The position numbers and the translations under genes were made by a program. Below, piece by piece: positions 1 through 13,747 of a stretch of DNA of 64,000 nt (within the stretch, counting starts at the first letter, position 1; each line of letters starts with the position of its first letter). The notes below the pieces were generated by a model. It saw only the letters and a program-made list of their open reading frames with translations, was not told the origin of the DNA and ran no database searches. Origin of the DNA: Mobula hypostoma (lineage: Eukaryota); the NCBI RefSeq assembly GCF_963921235.1, contig NC_086118.1, positions 16,246,001 to 16,310,000 of the forward strand, in the 5' to 3' direction.

Positions 1-34
1 AAAAATCCCTGCTTCGCACTTCCAACAAAGCCAG

Positions 35-860
35 AAGCAAAGATGTTCGCTGATGACTGCACTTTGTTCAGCACCATTTGAGACTGCTCAGATAACGAAG
101 TGGTCCGCACCTAATTGCAACAAGACCTGGGCGATATCCACAAATATTCTAGGCAATGACAAAAAAAAAATCCAGTTTTCAACATCTGACATTCAATGAC
201 AGTACCATTACTGAACCTCCCTTCCAGCCCCCACCCACTATATCCTGGGGTCACCAGTGACTAGAAACTGAACTGGAGCAGCCATGCACAAAATGTGGCT
301 AGAAGAGCATAATGGAGCAAGGAATTCTGTGGAAAGTAACTCATTTCTTAACTCACCAAAGCCTGTCCACCATCAACAATGCTCACTCAGGTCCGGAGTG
401 TGATTTAAGTACTCCCCACTAGTCTGGATGAGTGCAACATCAACACTCAAAATGCAACACTGTACAGAACATAGTAACACACTTCATAGCCATCCCATCT
501 ACAACTATTCATAGACTACCATTGCAGCATACAGCAGTGGTTTATAGCATCTGTAGGATGGCACAGCAACAACTCAGCTAGAAGGATGAGGGCAGCAAAT
601 GCATGGGAATACCACTGCATGGAAATTACCCTCCAAACCGCAAGCCATCCTGACTTGGAAATACATCACCATTTCTTCACCATCAGGGGGCCAAAGTCCC
701 AGAACACTTGCCCTAAAAGGACTATGGCATATCCACACCTCAACGCTTGAAGTGGTTAAAGGCAGCACACCATCAACTCCTTAAGGGGACTTAGGAGAGG
801 GAACTAAGTACTGATTCAGCCTGTGAAGCAGACAACTGTGATATGCATATGAACATTGTG
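35..860 (+). mobile_element. Decayed CR1/L2-group LINE, 3' part of RT and tail
   Basis: atgttcgctgatgactgc = MFADDC (RT catalytic motif) followed by QQDLGDI; multiple stops and frameshifts. Confidence 0.65.
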
Positions 861-1179
861 GGTGGGGGAGCCAGGAGCAAGAGTGGGAAGAAAAGAAAGG
901 GAAGAGAGGAGGGAGTGACAGAGATGTTCCAATGTTAAATGAATATGCAAATTTTTTTGACACTTACACCTAAACAAGAAAAGATTTCATGGCAAAGCAA
1001 AATATATGCAGCAAAACTATCTGGTGTTTAAATGTCATGTCTTCTATTCATATTCTACTTTACTAATAAGGTGCAAATAATAAATGAATTCTAGAAACTA
1101 TTTTTAAAACAGAGGAAGCAGCAAACATCCAACAACAGACTGCAACTTTCCTAGTTCATTGTTGCAGTAAAATTTGAAG

Positions 1180-1700
1180 TCATAGAAATGCAAATTGAAA
1201 CAAAGGAATAGGCTCCTCATCCTTTCAAACGTGTTCTGCCACTCATACTATCATAGCTAATCCTCCATCTCACTGCCATATTCCTATACTCAAGGTGCTT
1301 TGTCTATTAATCAATTTATCCTTATCAAGGTATTCAGCCTCCATTATCACTCTGTAGTGGAGAATTCCATTACATGTTCATCACTTGCTGAGTGAAATTT
1401 CAGTCCAATGCCTATACTACATCATGAAACCCACCCTTTCTCTCCCACCTCCCCACACCCTCCCAGTCAAAGGACATATTGAGCAACCCACACTAACTGC
1501 TGGAGGAACTCAACATGGCACACAACACCTATGGAGGGAAGTGGTCAGCTTCTGGATAAGACCTTTCAAGTTCTGTAAAATTCTGTAAATTCTCCCCTTT
1601 TTTTTTTCCTTCTGCTTATTCTAAACTTCTGTATACAGAACTAGCTAACTTCCTCTCTTCATATGACAGCCCACAATCTCAGGAATCAGTTTGGTGTATT
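1180..1700 (-). mobile_element. Old CR1 3' fragment with a degenerate pLTR piece at ~1490-1570
   Basis: Resembles the reverse complement of the CR1 3' ends elsewhere in the window; 'tgctggaggaactca' matches the pLTR tip. Confidence 0.5.
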
Positions 1701-4244
1701 CATATTTTATTGAAGTACGTAGACTAAAACTGTAGCTAACACTCCAGATGATGTTTCACCAGAGGCCCAGAGAGAAGCAAGGCACCCTTGTTCATAGACA
1801 CAAAACCTCATCATGAAGTCAATCTGCCCACAGCACTCTACAGAACCTCCATCAGAAGAACTGCAGAGATTTAGGTGCTGGCGTACCACCAACTAAATAG
1901 TATGGGATAGGCAGTAAATGGTACTATTAGCAGGGCCCTTATTCCATGGGAATTAAAACACTCAGAACCAAAAGTTTTACAAGTGATGACTGAAGTGTAC
2001 AATTTAACTGAATTGCAATCATGTCTTCATAATGTTACCAGCAGATAAACAGGAAGAACGTGACCTCTTGGTACTGCTCATTCTCCAAAAAAATTCAAGT
2101 CAATAGATAAATATTTAACCAAATTAAACATTTGTTAAAATTCAATGCAGTTAAGGTTCTACTGCAAGAATTCTGATACTTGCATCCTAAAATATATTCA
2201 AACAACATACTGCACAGCTCTAAATTATGACTTATATGACTCAAACAGGCATTATCTTTGGTTGGGTAGAAATAATGAAGAAAATGGTGAACAGTACATG
2301 CTATTTAACTTCAAATATTAGGCACTTTTTTCTTAAATTTCTGCTGAGAACCGTAAGTAACAAGAGTTAGTACAGCCATTTTAGATGGGTATTCTGGAAA
2401 AACTATATTTTGGCTCAACTGAATTATCAGAACATTTGCACGTCAGAAATCTGAAATAAAAATTCCTAGAAATACTCAGTCAATCTCTTTATCTTGCCCC
2501 TTCAAGTACAGTTTTGATTACCAACTTTTCTTTGTTTTAGTGAAAGCTAAATTGCAATCATGCAAACCTGATTAACTCTGGTCTCATTTTGAAAATTTAG
2601 CAACTGGATAGTTGCTTAGCTAGTTCACAAAGTATACAAGACTAGCTTGTGTTCATTCCAGTGCTTGTCTGGAGTTTGGGAAAGACACTCAAAATATACA
2701 CAATTACTTTTCGCACAACAGCATTATTCAACTTCCCCATTTAGTATGGTGTGAAATAGATCAGCTAATAATATTTTGATTCCAATCTGTCCATCTGAAA
2801 ACAAGTTTTTGGCTGGCAGGTTTTGACAAAACAAATAATTTTCAACTGTTTACATTAGGAATATTTCAATTCACTTTCAACTTAGAATACTGCAAATATT
2901 TTTTCACTAGCTTTAGATAAACTTTGTACCATATATGCAAATACTTACAAGATCCAATTGCATTAACTTCAACCAACTAACAAATGCCAATTATGTCCCT
3001 TAACAGGATAATTCCAATTTTGTAGCTCAAATACAGGTAAAAGCAGAGCCTAATTAAAGAACTACTGAATTTACCTTTATATAAAAAGCTATCTTTTCTA
3101 AAATGTTCAAGTTCCTGGAAATAGCAATTTAGTTTTTGCCCATCTTGTATGAACCACAATACAGTTAATAAATTTTTGCCTTACCAATCTTTGAAAATTT
3201 TGTTAGGTTCCTAAATCTTAAATCAACTATTTGTCACATTTTTGGTAAAGTTATTGCAAGCATTTTCCTTGAAATATTCACCATTTTAAAAGCTACAGCA
3301 CATTTAAACATGTAATGACTACACTTCACAAGTACACCACTGGCTATAAAGCTCTGAGATCTCATGTGGTTAAGAAAGGCATAATATAAATGGAAACCCA
3401 ATTAGTCTAAAATTTATCTTAACAACCATGTGTAGTAGTGTGTCGTAAATTTGATGCAACAAAGATTTGTTCAAAACCATTACTGGTTACAAGGCAATAA
3501 TCTGAATCTCCTGAAGACCTTGTAGCAGAGATTCATAAAGAAACTGTACGAAGTTTAGATAGAACAGTAATCAACATGTACTAGTCTTAAAAGTGTCACT
3601 TCCACCAGAACAGCACACTTTTTTTTTAAACCCACGCTTCCTGGGAAGTGGGTGGCAGAAGTTAGGAAGAGAAAAAAAGGTTAAAACCAGGAGGAAACAG
3701 AATCCCCTTCACCAGCATTTGCTTTTATTTCATGGATGATTTGGATAAAAGTAACAATGATGTACAGGTTTTGATGCAATCGCTAAAATGATATCAGATT
3801 ATATTTCTAAAATCAAGCTTCCTTGAACTAATGATGCAATACCCCAAGTTTTCTAAACATTCCTAATAAAAATTATGCTAAATCAATATCTTTAGCAGGA
3901 ATTAAATATAATGGGCAAATAACTATTATACCTTTATTACATTGCAACTCACAACAACATGTCATTTACAATTGATATGGATTAGTAAAGAATACTGAGA
4001 GGCAACCTTCAATCACATTCAATAACTTATTATACAGATTCCACTATGTATTACTGGAAACTTTGGTAAATATAGCACAATCATTCGTACACCTCACTTC
4101 TGTTATCTGGTGAATCCTGCTTGCCATGAGATGCATTTTGTCTTGTGCTAGTAACTAGTGAAATATCAGGTACACCTAGAGTCCAGAACATGCAGCCGGA
4201 GCTGGGGTTATCTAGTAGGTTTCAATAAGATCATCCTTCATTTT

Positions 4245-4715
4245 TCTTGAATTGAATTTCTTACTTGCATCCTTCACATACATGAGGAGTAAATATCTTT
4301 ACGTTATGTCTCCGTCTAAATGTGCAATGTTTAATTTATCGTAATTTGTAATAAGTAGTATGTACAACAGGACAGTCAATATAACATAGAAATACAATTG
4401 TATCAGTGTGAATTAATTAGTCTGATGGTCTGGTGAAAGAAGCTGTCCTGGAGCCTGTTGGTCCTGGCTTTTATGCTGTGGTACCGGTTCCCGGATGGTA
4501 GCAGCTGGAACAGTTTGTGGTTGGGGTGACTCGGGTCCCCAATGATCCTTTGGGCCCTTTTTATACACCTGTCACTGTAAATGTCCTGAATAGTGGGAAG
4601 TTCACACCTACAGATGTGCTGGGCCGTCTGCACCACTCTCTGCAGAGTCCTGCGATTAAGGGAAGTAGTTCCCATACCAGGCAGTGATACAGCCAGTCAG
4701 GATGCTCTCAATTGT
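4245..4715 (-). mobile_element. Rex1/Babar-type LINE 3' fragment
   Basis: ORF 4403-4675 (LQRVVQTAQHI...DPSHPNHKLFQLLPSGNRYHSIKARTNRLQDSFF) is the typical Rex1/Babar ORF2 C-terminus. Confidence 0.8.
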
Positions 4716-4849
4716 GCCTCTATACTCTTAAGAACCAACCTGTTCAGTCTCTCTTGGAATAGCTATCCCCTGATTACACGAATTAGCTTGACGAATCTTC
4801 TTTGGTCTTCTTCCAATGCTATAATAATTCTTGTGGCATTGCCTCAAGA

Positions 4850-5200
4850 ACACGGAGATGCCCACAAAACAAACCATGCCTTCTTTTTGCAGCTACCATT
4901 AGGCAGGAAATATAGAAGCTTCAAGTACCACGTCACCAGGCACAAGAACAGTTACATCTTTTCAACCATTTGGTTTATGAAACAACCAGCAAAACCCAAA
5001 TCACTGCAGTCTAGCACAGCTATAAACGCTGATCAACTTACACCTGAAGTGGACTTGGCTCTGTTCTAATTGTTTTCATTTTAAAAAGTGCATAGTTTGT
5101 TTTTTTTCTTGTGAATGCTGCTTTTGTTGTGTGCCTGTGATGCTAGTGTAACAAGTTTCTCATTGCACTTGTGCATGTGACAAACTCAACTTTGACTTTT
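4850..5200 (+). mobile_element. Rex1/Babar-type LINE 3' fragment
   Basis: HAFFLQLPLGRKYRSFKYHVTRHKNSY motif and a 'ctttgacttt' tail. Confidence 0.6.
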
Positions 5201-5559
5201 TAAGTAAGCGGTTAAAACAAAGAACAGCATGGCCTAACCACAATACATTCCAACCCTTTGCAATGACAGCCAATGCCAATGCACTATTTGCCACACCTGC
5301 CAACTTTGTGACGCAGAACTAAAATATCCCTGTGAACTGCACTTGTATAAGATACAATAAAATGGCCTCCACACACTACCTCATAAGTTTGTATCTTATG
5401 GTTTGCATTGCAGTCTCCTTGCTGCTGCTACAATGTATTTGGCACTCTTTTATTGTTTTCTACCTCAACACAGTAATCAAGATCAGTCTTTCACTGTATC
5501 TCGGTACATGTGACAATAATAAATCAATTTCAATAATAAAATGGATTATAGTACGAAAA

Positions 5560-6060
5560 TAGTAAAGCCTGATTGGAGCTATTCAGGGTATTGATGAGAT
5601 CACACCTGATATGCTGTCCACGTTTGGATTCTTTTTACGAGAGTTGACAAGGTTGATAGCCAAAATGAAGGGGTTTTCTTGAAAGGTTTGAGAATTTATG
5701 CCTATAGTTATTGATAATGGAGTGCAAAAGAAGGCAAGGTGATCTTACCGAAATATGTAGAGGGCAGCTAGTCAGGCCAAATGCTGTGTTTCCTCTTGTG
5801 GTTGACTATAGACCAAGCTTAAGAATAAGCAGCAACCTTTTAAAATTGAGAAGGAATTTCTTCTTACAGAATTGCAAATCTGGTACTCCAAATTGAATAC
5901 TAAAACTACATATATTCAAGGCTTCCTATGAAGGGTCAAGAGTCATCAGAAACAAGGAGTGAAATGGAGCTCAAATGATAATCAGATACTCCATTATCTC
6001 ATTCAATGGTAGGGCAGGCTATAAAGACATATGGCCTGGTCTTATTTCCAATTAGGTTCT
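5560..6060 (+). mobile_element. Highly decayed CR1 3' fragment
   Basis: Remnants of RRQGDLTEI...LRRNFF and a CR1-like 3' UTR. Confidence 0.5.
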
Positions 6061-6999
6061 TAAATTTGGAAGTATTGTACTTAACCAACCAAATTTAAAA
6101 ATCTTTCAAGTCACATAGCTGAGTATTAATTAGGTGAAAGTCAATCCTATGATAGATTAAAATAAAAATAAGTTACCAGTCTGAATAATCAGACCAGCCG
6201 TAGGTTCAATAAGTAAACCAGCTTGTACCTTAGTTATTTGCATTTGTTTGTAAGAATAATCAACACTTTTGAAATGACAGTACAAGTGCTGTTTTAAATG
6301 TATTGGACTCCAAGTCACTGGCGTGAAAATTTAAAAGTTCTAAGAGCAGTTTCATTTAAACAGATATTAAATATAAACAATTTTTGAGTTCAACTGCTAC
6401 ACTTAATTAATACTGTGCATTCTGTTTAATTGGGACACATCAGACCAGTATATTTTGGCTCTGTTATGCAGCTGGCCCAATTAGCTGAAGTTTCATGGAA
6501 ATAGTAAAAAAAAGGTATATAAAAAAAAGACCAACCATCATTCAATTGAGTAATAAGTTACATATTTAAATGAAATACATTATAAATTAGAACACTATCA
6601 AAACTACATTGTACTATAAAACTGTAGTAGTTCCTAATTGTTATCTTTGGAGGAATTCATTCAGTGTACACTGATGTGTTCTTTTAACTGACTGTAAATG
6701 AACAAAGTCAGCACAAGCACTAGTGCAAATAGTAGACTGCCTTCAAACAAGCTTGACGACTGCATCCAAGTCTTCATTTTAATTGCAACATTCAGATAAC
6801 TGTTGGTACCTTCAAATTCTTCATAGTTCCTAACTTGAAGTCGAAAAATTGTTTCACTGTCACTCCCAGCTGTTTCTGGCATGTCAAAGTTTAAATGCTT
6901 GAATCCGCAGTGAGCGAAACAGTTCTGGATTGTCTTAGTGCTTATTACACACCAGTAACTATCAGTGACAAAAATTACTGCTAAACAAAAGGAATCCCT

Positions 7000-7212
7000 A
7001 AACATAAGGAAATCTGCAGATGCTGGAAATTCAAGCAACACACATAAAGAATGCTGGTGAATGTAGCAGGCCAGGCAGCATCTATACAAAGAGGTACAGT
7101 CGACGTTTCGGGCAGAGACCCTTCATCAGGACAAAGGGTCTCGGCCCGAAACGTCGACTGTATCTCTTCGTATAGATGCTGCCTGGCCTGTTGCATTCAC
7201 CAGCATTTTGTG
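7000..7212. mobile_element. Tail-to-tail Penelope pLTR mini-insertion (hairpin) with hammerhead motif
   Basis: ~73 bp inverted arms (7051-7123 / 7134-7206); TSD aaaggaatccct (6988-6999) / aagggaatccct (7213-7224). Confidence 0.8.
7097..7132 (-). ncRNA. Minimal type I hammerhead ribozyme motif (pLTR-associated)
   Basis: Minus strand reads GTC-CTGATGA-A-GGG-TCTCTG-CCC-GAAA-C-GTC-GAC: intact core, stem II, GUC triplet, 3 bp stem I. Activity not demonstrated. Confidence 0.6.
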
Positions 7213-10200
7213 AAGGGAATCCCTGCTATTTTCTTTTTGTTCAAGAGTTGCCCTGATTAACCAATGGCCCCCATTAACCGGAATCCACTGTATTCCAATC
7301 TAATAATCTTTTGAGCTTTCCAGAATGAAACAAATATTTCTCTGGGGACATGGTAATCCCACAGTTATTTGATAAGACTTTTAACACTTTTGAAAAGGAG
7401 TGCAATGGCAGGCCTTTAATGGAGTAATTGCACGGCTCTTCAGCTATAAAGCTAAAGATCCTTTCAGTTTTTAAATACTGGAAATTGTATACATTTTAGA
7501 ATTAATCTTCACCTGCCATGAAACGGAATATCCAAATTTCAAATGGCTACTGGTACACAATTTGACATAATGCCAATTTCAGAAAGAAACTGACAGTCTG
7601 CACTTTGCACTGAAAACAAGTCAGTCTTGGCATGTTACTGCACTGTTTAAGAGGGCCAGGCAAGTTGCAGAAAAGAGAAAATGCTTGCTGAACCAAAGTT
7701 AGTTGAAATGGCAGCAGACAGATACCCACTACCCAGTTATCAGTCAGAAACAAGTATCATGAAATAGGAGCTTACTTTGCTCTTTTCCACAGACGCTTAG
7801 CTGAACTCCTAAAGCAGAAAAAACAAAAACTTCTTTTAGAAACAATTGCAACAGTGAATTTCCACAGCTACCATTGTACCTGTTTGAGAGATCACTGAGG
7901 TTCTTGCCATAAAATCTGATCACTTCAACTGAAACACAACTGCTGGCATTATTTGGAGCAGGGGAAAGATCAGAGTATCCAATTTACAGCAGATTGCTTT
8001 CCATGTCACAAGTTAATGACAGAACAATTGTTTAAATTGGATAAAATTATTTTAAAAATACTTTATATTAATGGATCTACGAACAATGAATATGGAATAC
8101 ATTGCAAGTCTCATGCTTTAAAAGTGTAACTGCATTTCGACTTGCGTTGTGCAGTTTTTATTACCATTCAAAATAATTGATAAATTATCAATTTATTATG
8201 CATAAATCAATTATTTTTGGCATATTTGATACATGGGTGGTAGCTAATCAATCATCATTCATTAATGTAAAATGTCCAATTTTAAGTTAGTAACCATTAA
8301 TATTGAGAACAAATCATTTCAAAGAATACAAGCACTATTCAGTTCTAACTCAAGTTATATTGTTTAGCTTAGAATCTCAAATCAATAATTCATATTTGTA
8401 CAAGTTTTTAAAACATTACAAATCAATTTGAGACAAATATAAAATGAAAACGTGACAATGGAACGCCAACATATTATTCACTAACAATTCCCATACATGT
8501 ATATTAACTTCGTTGTATTTTTAACATGGTCAAAAGGTCTAAGGCTTATTACTTACAGAAGTTGAGGCACAAACTGAAAAACATAATAGGACAGGAGATT
8601 GGGAAATTGAACTTTGATTTCTGGAACGTGCATTCAAATCCAGCCCATCTCAAAAGGTATACCAGGTAGCTCCATATATCAATATACTCTATCCCTGCAA
8701 ACAAGTGATCATGGCACTAACCGATCCAGAAAAGAACTTAAGTTTACACAAGTCTTAAGAATAACTTCATGTTATATCTCACCTTTAATCAATGCAGTTC
8801 ACATAGAAAAAAGCTATTATATTAGGAGTTCAAACACATGGCAAAGTGATGACCCTTAATCAATATATTCAAGGACCAGGAGGTAAAGAAATTTGACCTG
8901 AATTACAGAATTTAGGTCCTAAGCAGAGGACACAAGGTCAAGGAGTAATCTGGAAGAGATGCTTAGAACATGGGCCCATTGGACTGGCAACCAATATAAC
9001 TAAGGAAACAGTTGTGAAGGACTAACAGAACATGGTCTTTTACACAAATTATGGGAAGTAGGATTTTTTTTTTACAATTATGGAATTGTAATCTAGACTG
9101 TAGATCACTGGAATAAAATATCATTTATTTTTGAAATTTTTGGTTTAAAGAGAAGTTAACACTGTTCATTTTGGTTATTTAACATCAGTAAAATCAACAA
9201 CCCTCAAATGTTAGAAGAATTTTTAGGGCAGAATAAACTTTTGCTTATTTTTTGTTAATGATGTGTTCCAATTATAAATGACTGTTGCCATCAATAAAAT
9301 AAAATGTGCCAGCACTTTCAAATCAAAGTAACTTGACCTAACAAACGTAGGTAAGGGCTTTTCCTTTGCTGATCACTGGAGTCAGAGAAATCTAGCATGG
9401 GAGCATACCCTTTGGCCCACCGTCCATTCCAACCATCCACCACCACCACCCATTTAATCCTACATTAATGCAAACTGAGTGGGGATTTCAAATCTAATTT
9501 GTATTAAACTGGCACACCAAACAATGAACTTTATTGACAATATATGTTCATTTCATAGGATCCCTCTTTGGAGCACAGAACATTACCAGGCTACCAATCA
9601 AATTCTTTTCCAAATGACAATATCTGTGTAATCAGTCTGAGAACCTTTAGTTACTGAAAATACCAAATACAGCAAAACAATTTCTCGCAAATGCTATGTA
9701 CAAGTGAAATACGTAGTTGTGTACAAATCTAATTACTTGTTCACTTTACACGGAAACTACCATGCTTTCAATAGTCAAAGTACTTTCAGAGTGCAGTTTT
9801 AATTCAACTTATAATAAGTATCCTGGATGTCAGATATTGAGGTTCAAAAGGTTCAAAGGTTGATTTATTATCAAAGTATACAACTCAGAAATTTTTCTTC
9901 TCCAGGTAGCCATGAAACCAAGAAAAGAAAGGCAGCACAATCAGCAACCCCCAATCTCCCCTCCCCGCATACAAAAAAACAAAACCAGAACAAGCACATC
10001 AACCCCCAAATCCCTCCTCCCCGCACGAAAATAACGAGAAAGATCAGGTGAAAAACACAGAATATAAAAAACTAAGACTGGAAAAAGTCTATCATCCCAA
10101 GTCCATTATCTGAAATGCAGAAAACCTGGGTAACATTCACAATCAACCTAACAAATCTACCTGAAAGTAATGTAAAGCAATCACTGGACAAGTTTTGTTA

Positions 10201-10949
10201 TCATTTCAAATATGGTTGAAAATTCACTTCCGACAAATATCCTTTAATAGACCAGAGGTGCTATTATACATTACTCTTGCATTACATAAAGTTATCAGAG
10301 TCAATACAAAAATTAGGTTAGGCTTCAGTTATATTGGCATTGGTGAAATAACACATGAAGTATGATGTAAAGCATTAACGGCCTTCTTGCATAAGAACAG
10401 GATACATTGAAAACTGTTTAGAGAAGGCTTTAGTCATTTTTGGAATGGGCAGATTGCCATAGGACAAAAGGTGACACTTGCATCTGCTGGAGTTTAGAAA
10501 ATGACTCAAGGGCTCAGTAGCTTATTTTTGCTCAAATGCTCATAAATTACTTTTTGTAGAGATACATCTATATGGTTTGAAGGACTTTAAAAATATTTTT
10601 TCTCATAAATTATCAAACATATTGTTTCTTACAATAAATCAAATCCATGGCACATTTTGTCTCATTCAGCAAATACTGAGGTTGGGTTGAAGGAGGGGGT
10701 ATGAGGCATTTAAAAGAGTGGATACGGAATGGAGATCAACCAGTTGAAATTAGAAATTTTGACCATATTTCAGCATCTAATTAAGCTTGTGGAATAACAT
10801 TTCAGCAGATCGGTTCAAAGAATCCTTATAAATGGTAGCAGAGGGTGAATTAGACATCTCTAATAATTCGTTTGAAAATACTTAATTATCAACATTTGTC
10901 AGATCTATCAATTTTCCTCATCATGTAGTGGAAGTGGTTATTGGGACAG

Positions 10950-11520
10950 AGGCCTTCGTCAGTCAGATATTAAGTTACAGCTGTAGACCACGACTATATT
11001 TGGAATATTGTGTTCAGTTTTGGTTATCCTGCATTAGAAAATATGTCATTAAGCTCTAAAGAGTGCAGAAAAGATCTGAGGATGCTGCCAGGACTCAAGA
11101 ACTGAATTGACTGAATTGTAGGGAAAAGGTTGAGCAGCCAAGAACTTTAATCATTAAAGCTTGGGAAAATGAGGGATGATCTGAGAGATGCAGAAAATCA
11201 TGGCAATAGAGTGAATGCACATCACGTTTTCATCTTTACCCTCTCCCCCTCCCCTCCCACCTTCCAGGTTGGGGAACCAAGAACTAGACAGCATATGTTT
11301 AAGGTGAGAGGGAAGATATTTAATAATAAGGACCTGAGGGCAACTTTTTCACCCAAAGGATTATCCATATATGGAATAAGGTGCCAAAGCAAGTGGCTGA
11401 GGAAAGTAAAAGGCACGTGCATAGGAAAGGTCAAGAGAGATAAAGGGGTAAGCCTAAATGGGCATCTTGGTCAACATAGACTGGCTGGGCCAAAGTCCCT
11501 GCTTCCATGTTGTTTGACTA
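10950..11520 (+). mobile_element. Decayed CR1 3' fragment
   Basis: Remnants of LEYCVQFW and RTRQHMFKVRG. Confidence 0.65.
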
Positions 11521-12094
11521 TAACAGATCTAGCATTTGTTCACACCATTCAAAGGAGAGAGGAAGTACTTTTCTGGGGAGCAAAGTGTAAAATTAGTTTG
11601 AAAAAAACAAAACAGAAACAAATAAAAACAAAAACAGAAACTTGCTTAACCAAACTAAGGAATTTTTTTGCGATGACAGGAATGATATCTAGACTTGGGT
11701 GACATCTTGTAAGGTTTTACCCATTAGATTAATGAATAAAATTTATAGCATGTAAAGTCACAAAGTGAGCAGCAAAATGAATGCACAATCGAGTAGAATA
11801 TAGTGGTAAATAGTACTATACATTGTGACAGAAGAAAGAAAATGGGGCTCGTACTGAAGCACATAACCATCCTGGAACGGGTATTTTATTGCCCAATAAG
11901 TTCCATTTCCCATAAAAGTAAAGCATTACAATTTACAGCATACAATAATTAATGATTGTATGCTACTTGAAAAGTAATAATATAAATGTAACAGAGAAAC
12001 AAAAGATCTGGGCATATACCAATCACTTTCACTGTTGTAACAAGAGTACCTCAAGCAACAGGTTTTAATTTCAGAGGGATCCAATGGGTAAGAA

Positions 12095-13070
12095 CATTTC
12101 AGAATCAGATTTAATATCACTGGCACGTGCTGTGAAATTTGTTAATCTTACAGCAACAGTTCAATGAAAAACAAAAATAAATCTGAATTACAGCAAGTTT
12201 ATATATATATATATATATCTCCATTAGACAGTTAAATTAAAATAAGTTGTGCAAACAAAAAAACAAAAATACAAAAGTAGTGAGGTAGTGTAGTGTTCAT
12301 GGGTTCAATATCCTTTTAGAAATCAGATGGCAGAGGGGAAGTTGTCCCAGAATCACAAAGTGTGTGCCTTCAGGCTTCTGTACCTCCTTCCCAGTGGTAA
12401 CAATCAGAAGAGGGCATGTCCTGGGTGGGGGTCCTTAATGATGGATGCAGCCTTCCTAAGGCACCACTCCTTGAAGATGACTTGGATACTACAGAAGCTG
12501 GTACCCATGAAGCAGCTGACTAATTTTACAAGTTTCTGCAATTTACTTTGATTTTGTACAGTAGCCTCACCTCCCACCTTGCATACCAGACGGTGATACA
12601 GCCAATCAGAATGCTCTCCACACTATCTTTGTAGAAGTTTTTGAGTGCTTTAGGTGACATACCAAATCTCCTCAAACTCCTAATGAAATACAGCTGCTGT
12701 CTTGCCTTCTTTATAGCTACATCAATATGTTGCATTTAGGTTAGGTCCTCAGATATTTACTAATCTCCGGGAACTTGAAATTGCTCACTCTCTCCACCTC
12801 TGATCCCTCTGAGGGTTGGCTTGTGTTCCCTCATCTTAACCTTTCTGCAGTCCTTAATCAGCTCTTTGGTCTTGCTAATGTTGAGTGTAAGGTTGTAGCT
12901 GCGACACCACTCAACTGGTGCATCTTGCTCTTTCGTCACAATCTGAGATTCTGCCAATAATGGCTAAATCATCAGCAAATTTATAGATGGCATTTGAGCT
13001 ATGCCTAGCCATACAGTCATGGGTATACAGAGAGTAGAACAGTGGGCTAAGCACACATCCCCGTGGTGCT
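12095..13070 (-). mobile_element. Rex1/Babar-type LINE 3' fragment
   Basis: Minus-strand ORFs with NLTLNISKTKELI and KKARQQLYFIRSLRRFGMS...VESILIGCITVWY. Confidence 0.8.
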
Positions 13071-13747
13071 TTTTATGCTAAATGCATCGAACAGGCTAGG
13101 TCTCTTTTCTACCAAAAAGACAGAACTGACTTAAAGCAGCTGAAGAATAATTTCAAAATGAGTAGAATGGAAAAGTAACCTTTTCCAGACAGTCATTATT
13201 AAAAAAACACATAGTATTAGAAGAAACTTCACTTAAACTTGTGAGAATGTGGAAATTGCTGTCCAGGGAGTGGTGAGGCAAAGCATGTTGATTCAGTTAA
13301 GGATAAGCTAGATAAGCATGCAAGGAAGCAGCAAACAGTGTGTTTATCCTGATTGGATTGGATAAGAAGAGGCTTGAAAGAAACAAATATTAGCAAGGAC
13401 GGGTTTTCTGAACTCAGCAGCGTTTATTGTGCTGTACATTTGATGTAATTTCAATATGTTTAATACTAAATATAAAAAGTGTATTCTTTAAGGCTTAAAG
13501 TGTTTGTGAAGTTTAATAAATTTAGACATGAAAATTATTGCCCATATTCTGTATATTCGAGTTTAGTAATGTATTTTTCTATTATTGGATTTAATATAGT
13601 TTTAGAATAACAGCTTTCTCAGGAAAGGAAATTAAAGCGCAAAGGTATAATGTTAAAATAAAAGCAGCCCATCAAAACTTAAGCAAGCGTATTGTAAAAA
13701 TCAGTCCTCTGACTAAAAAGGGTATGTATATTGGACAAACAAGAAAT

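Larger units (their letters stand above)
6413..7290 (-). mobile_element. Tigger/pogo-like non-autonomous DNA transposon, interrupted at 7000-7212
   Basis: Degenerate terminal inverted repeats (ctgtgcattctgtttaattggg / cccattaaccggaatccactg) flanked by TA at 6411-12 and 7291-92. Minus-strand peptide ISTKTIQNCFAHCGF resembles the end of the Tigger DDE domain. Confidence 0.7.
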
